From: Hyaloraphidium curvatum SAG 235-1
Taxonomy: Eukaryota > Fungi > Monoblepharomycota
Assembly: GCA_025558095.1 (NCBI GenBank)
Contig: JAIVFI010000021.1
Location: forward strand, 248,001 to 312,000
DNA: 64,000 nt
Reading direction: 5' to 3'
Shown here one piece after another: positions 59,436 through 64,000 of this stretch. Made by a program: the position numbers and the translations under genes. Within the stretch, counting starts at the first letter, position 1, and every line of letters begins with the position of its first letter. The notes beneath the pieces are model-generated. The model was given only the letters and a program-made list of their open reading frames with translations. It was not told the origin of the DNA and made no database searches.

Positions 59436-62400
59436 ATGGCGGCGCCGCCGACGTACTGCGCGCTGCTCAGCGAGGTGTGCCGCCCGGCCCGCCCCGCCGC
59501 CGCGCTGACCCCTCGCAGGTCGCCGCGGCATTCCGCGCGCGGGTGCCGACCGGCACGCTGCTCAAGGACTCGCTGCAGTACGCGGACGCCTTCACCGGAA
59601 AGGCCGCCGTCGATGCGCTGGCGCAGGTGCTGCAGACCACGGACCGCAACCTGGCCCTGCTCGTCGGCCGCGCGCTCGACGCCCAGGACTTCTTCCACGA
59701 TGTGGCCTACGCGCACAGGCTGCGCGACACGCCCAACGAGATCTACGTGTTCGACAACCTGGCGCCGCTGCCGCTGTTGCCCGGGGGCCAGCAGCAGCGG
59801 AGGCCGCAGCCCGAGGGCAGCTACCCGAACGGCGTGTTTACGCTGCTCACGGACTGCTACTCGAGCACCTGCAGCAGGGACAAGCTCTGCTACTCCATCA
59901 GCTGCCCGCGGAGACTGGAGCAGGTGGGCGGCACTCTGTCGGGACGTCGACGGAATCGGTTGACACCGTCCTCCGGCGCCCGTCCCAGCAAACGCGCAAC
60001 AGCGCCATGACAAAGGCGGCAACGCGCGCCTCCGAGGTCGATGTCGACCGCAAGGTTCGTCGTATCGCGCTGGCAGCGTGGTTTCCGTGACGCAGCCCGC
60101 CGCACAGAGGCAGAAGCTCTGGAGCACGTCCGTGGCACCCGAGATCGTCGCCATGGTCTCGGATGAGGAGAAGAAGCGACAGGAGGCCATCTTCGAGGTG
60201 ATCCAGAAGGAGAAGGAGTACGTGGACGACCTGGACCTGGTCCACAAGGTGAGCATCGCGGTGAGGGCTTGGTGATCCACCTGATGCCCCCCAACCCCTC
60301 AGCTCTACATCCAGCCCCTCCGCCTCTCCAACATCATCGAGGAGACGCGCTGCGAGCGCTTCATCCGTGATGTCTTCCTTAACATCGGCCAGCTGTACCA
60401 GATCAACCTGCGGCTCTCTCGGCGCCTCAACATGAGGCGCAAAGAGAACCCCGTGGTCGCGCAGATCGGCGACGTCTTCCTTGGCGTGGTCCATGAGTTC
60501 TACCCGTACGTCGAGTACGGTGCGCGGCAGATCTACGCCAAGCACTTCCTGGCGATGGAGAAGCTCAACAACCCGGAGTTTGAGCACTTTCTCGAGGTCG
60601 GCCTGGAATGCTCGCCCGCCGCTAGGCCTCCTCCTTACCGCCCGTGTTTCGCCAGGAACGCGAGCGGATGGCCGAATGCCGCAAGCTCCCCCTCGAATCC
60701 TTCCTGGCGCGCCCCACCACCCACATGGGCCGCTACCCCCTCCTCCTCGAGGCCGTCCTCAAGCGAACGGACCCCAGCAACCCCGACCGCGCCAACATAC
60801 CCCAGGCCATCGCGGTGATCAAGGACGTCCTGGGCCGGATCAACGCCGAGGCGGGCAGGGCAGACAACCTGCTGAAGCTGAACCAGCTGAACCAGCACCT
60901 GGTGTTTGCCGAGGGGGAGTGGCAGGACCTGCGCTTGACGGACGAGGGGCGGACGATCCTCCGGCAGGGCACGCTCATCGCCCGCAAGACGACCACGGAC
61001 TCGGAGGTCGTCTGCTTCCTCTTCGACCACCTGTTCCTGATGGCCAAGGAGAAGAAGGCCAACTTCTTCAAGGTCCACAAGCGGGTGCGGGTGCTGCGCT
61101 GGCCTTCGTTGACGGCCCGTGATCTAACGCACGTCCCGGCAGCCTATACCACTAGAACTCCTCGTTCTCTCCTCCGCCGCGGCCGATTCTGCGAAGCTGA
61201 ACGGGACCGCGGACCGTGGCGGCAGCACGGGCTCGCGCGGCGTCGCCGCCGTCACCTCCCCAAAGAACGCGCAGCCGTCCAAGCTCCTCCCTGTTGCCAC
61301 CGAGCCCACAAAGTACCCCCTCACCCTCACCCACCTCGGCCGCTACGGCGGCACCTTCACCCTGTACGCCAACTCCCAGGCGGACCGGAGATCGTGGCAG
61401 GACGCGATCGCGGAGCAGAAGCGCGTTACGGCGGAGCGCAAGAGGCGCTTCGAAACGGTCGTGCTCGCCAACAACCCCGTTCCGGGTGGGTCCCGGATCA
61501 ACTGCTCCTGCGCGCTCGGGAGCCGGATCTTCCTGGGGTGCGACGCGGGCGTGTTTGTCAGCGATCCGCTGGGGAGCCACTATACCCAGGTGCTGGATCT
61601 CGAGCGGATTGTGCAGATCGACGTGCTGCGGCAGTACGGGCTCCTCATTCTCCTCGCCGGTGGGCTCTTTCGTCCGGAACCTAAGTGCGATTTGCTGATC
61701 TCCCCTGGCGGTGATCCATTCAGACCGCACCCTCTACACCTTTCCCCTGGAGGCCATGGACCCCACCGAGGCCGATTTCTCCGCGGCCATGCGCAAGGGC
61801 CGGCGGGTCAGCTCCCACGTGTCCTTCTTCAAGGTCGGCACGTGCAACGACCGGACCCTCATCTGCGCCGTCAAATCGACCTCGCTTTCGAGCACTGTCA
61901 AGGCCTTCGAGCCCGTGGCGCCGGGCGGGCCGTCGGCGAAGAAGACGTCCCTCCTGCGTCTTCTCAAAGGATCGCCGGATTCCGTCAGGGTGTTCAAGGT
62001 GCGGCCCTTCCCTTTAGTTCAGGGACCCTACTGACTCGATCACTCTTCGGCAATCAGGAGTTCTACATCCCCTCCGAATCCACCTCCATCCACTTTCTCA
62101 AAACGAAGCTCTGTGTGGGCTGCGCAAAGGGGTTCGAGATCGTCGACCTGGAATCCCTGAACACACAGGGTGCGCCGTCCCCCCGCGACCGCCGCGACCG
62201 CGCTCATTTCCAATCACGCAGGACTCTTGGATCCGAAGGACGAGTCCCTCGAGTTTGTCATGAAGCGCGAGAACCTTCGGCCCATAGCCATCTATCGGCT
62301 ACCCGACGGTTGCTTCCTTCTCTGCTACGACGGTGAGCCGCTGCGACAGTTATTCTCCGTCGGCCTTTTAACGCTCATGACGTTGTGTCCAGAGTTTGGT

Positions 62401-62830
62401 TTCTACGTGGACAAATTCGGACGCCGGACGCGGCACGAGCAACTGATTCAATGGACGGGCTCGCCGTCGTCCTTTTGTGAGCACGAGCTGCCATCCTCGA
62501 CCACTGCCGAGCCCTGATCCACCGTCCCTTCCAGCGCTCGTGTATCCCTACGTGATCGCGTTCGATTCGTCGCTGATAGAGATTCGGAACGCGGAGACGG
62601 GCGACCTGCAGCAGGTGATCGCGACGACGAACCTGCGCAACGTCAGCACGGACCCCGAGCTCCTGCACTGCGTGATGGACTCGCCCGCCGGGGAGACGCA
62701 GCAGCTTGTGAAGCTCAAGCCGTGCTATAGCGGCCCGGAGCAGGCTCCGGGTGGGCTAGATGGGGGCGATTTTGTGATGGGCCAGGCCGCGGGGCGCCAG
62801 GCTCTGGCAGTGAACGGGACGGTGGAATGA
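59436..62830 (+). CDS. ROM1/2-type Rho guanine nucleotide exchange factor (DEP-DH-PH-CNH), multi-exon
   Basis: DRNLALLVGRALDAQDFFHDV, PNGVFTLLTDCYSSTCSRDKLCYSISCPRRLEQ, KRQEAIFEVI, ECRKLPLESFLARPTTHMGRYPLLL, EFYIPSES...LKTKLCVGCAKGFEIVDL. Confidence 0.92.
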
Positions 62831-62859
62831 GGGTTTCTTGCTTTCGTGTTGCAGGTTCA

Positions 62860-64000
62860 CTAATGACTGAGTCCGATCACCTTGCCCATGAAAGCCATGA
62901 GCTGGAGCTGCTCGTCTGCGCCGTCCGTCAGACACTTGTCGATGTGCCCCAGGTGCTGCGTCAGAGCGGCCTTCTGTCGTGTCGTCAGCCTCGGGTCCGA
63001 GATCACAGAGTCATGCAGCTGCGGTGGTAAGCTTAGGGCGCGAAGGTCGTGCGACGTGAGCACGGGCGCACCTGGGAGACGATCTGCCCGACGGAGTATC
63101 CGGCCACGGTGGCCGCATTGACCGCAGCCATCATTTTGTCGAAAGAGTTGCTCCACATGGAGAGCAGCAGGGTCTCGAGGACCGGGGCGGGAACGACCTG
63201 CGATCTGATCTGAGAAGCTTTCGACGGGACGGCGGAGCCGAGACCTACGCCGGCAATCTCAAACAGTGAATCAGCAGTAATCATGTCGGAGCCGTGAAGG
63301 CGATGAGCACTCTGTAGGAAAGTGATGGCTTTGCGCAGATCGCCGTCGGCCACTTTGATCAGCACTTCGATCGCCTGTCAATCCGCGGGCAGCGTCAAGG
63401 CGACGTGGCTAGCTTAAGGTAGCAGCAGCCCACCTGCTCCTCGATGTTGACATTCTCGGACGAGATGACGTGTTTCAATCTCGCGATCATGCTGGCATCG
63501 TCGAGCGGCCGGAACCGGAACTTGGCGCAACGCGAAGCAAGAGGCTCAATGATGCTGGTCGGTGCAGGTTCGCTCAGACGTGGAGGTGCGAGATTTAGGA
63601 TCCCGCTACGCACCGGGAAACATAATTGCAGATGAGGCAGAATCGGGTGATCTTGGAGTAGGTCTCCATCGTTCGCCGCAACGCCGATTGTGCATCGCTG
63701 GTCATGGAGTCGGCTTCGTCAAGGATCACGATCTTGTACGGTGGGCAGGGGTGGCCCCCTTGCGACCTCTGGGTGACGGAGACGCGTGCAAAGTTCTTGA
63801 CCTTTTCGCGCACGATCTCGATTCCGCGCTCGTCGGAAGCATTGAGCTCGAGCACCCTGCTCCTGATCTGCTCGGGACTGAGGAGCAGCCTGGGCGGTGA
63901 GCTTGGAAACGAACTACATGCAGGGCAACGCACCCGTAGAGATCATGGGCGAGGGCCAAAATGGTCGACGTCTTTCCGGTGCCTGGAGGTCCGTAGAACA
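62860..64000 (-). CDS. RFC2: replication factor C small subunit (yeast Rfc2 / human RFC4), 5' end beyond the window
   Basis: [80 protein letters not shown]. Confidence 0.92.

Overview
Gene-dense, very GC-rich eukaryotic DNA with many short (about 50-75 nt) GT..AG introns. The housekeeping genes look fungal; an early-diverging, chytrid-grade fungus is my inference, not a database result. Recognisable genes: SKI2, SND1/Tudor-SN, CWC27, a SIZ/PIAS-type SP-RING ligase, an LMBR1-family protein, TMA22/DENR, PXR1/PinX1, FAD1, YIP1, POP4, ATG5, an FMN alpha-hydroxy-acid oxidase, PSF2, BDP1, symplekin/PTA1, PTC7, a ROM1/2-type RhoGEF and an RFC small subunit. Interspersed are intronless glycan-modifying genes (sulfotransferase, two GT90/CAP10-like, DUF707-like, TBL/PC-esterase, plus pseudogene relics) and several bacterial-type genes, some of which carry introns. 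Two structures stand out. (1) An apparently perfect 427-bp inverted repeat (29133-29559 / 32712-33138) is built from an intron-containing tRNA-Asp gene plus its upstream DNA, breaks in the tRNA T-loop, and brackets two glycan-modifying genes. (2) A roughly 1.3-kb direct repeat (48390-49694 / 52700-53999) brackets a 3-kb lower-GC island carrying a spliced orphan gene and a bacterial-type nucleotidyltransferase. Family assignments come from motif recognition only. Coordinates of spliced genes are gene spans and some start codons are uncertain.
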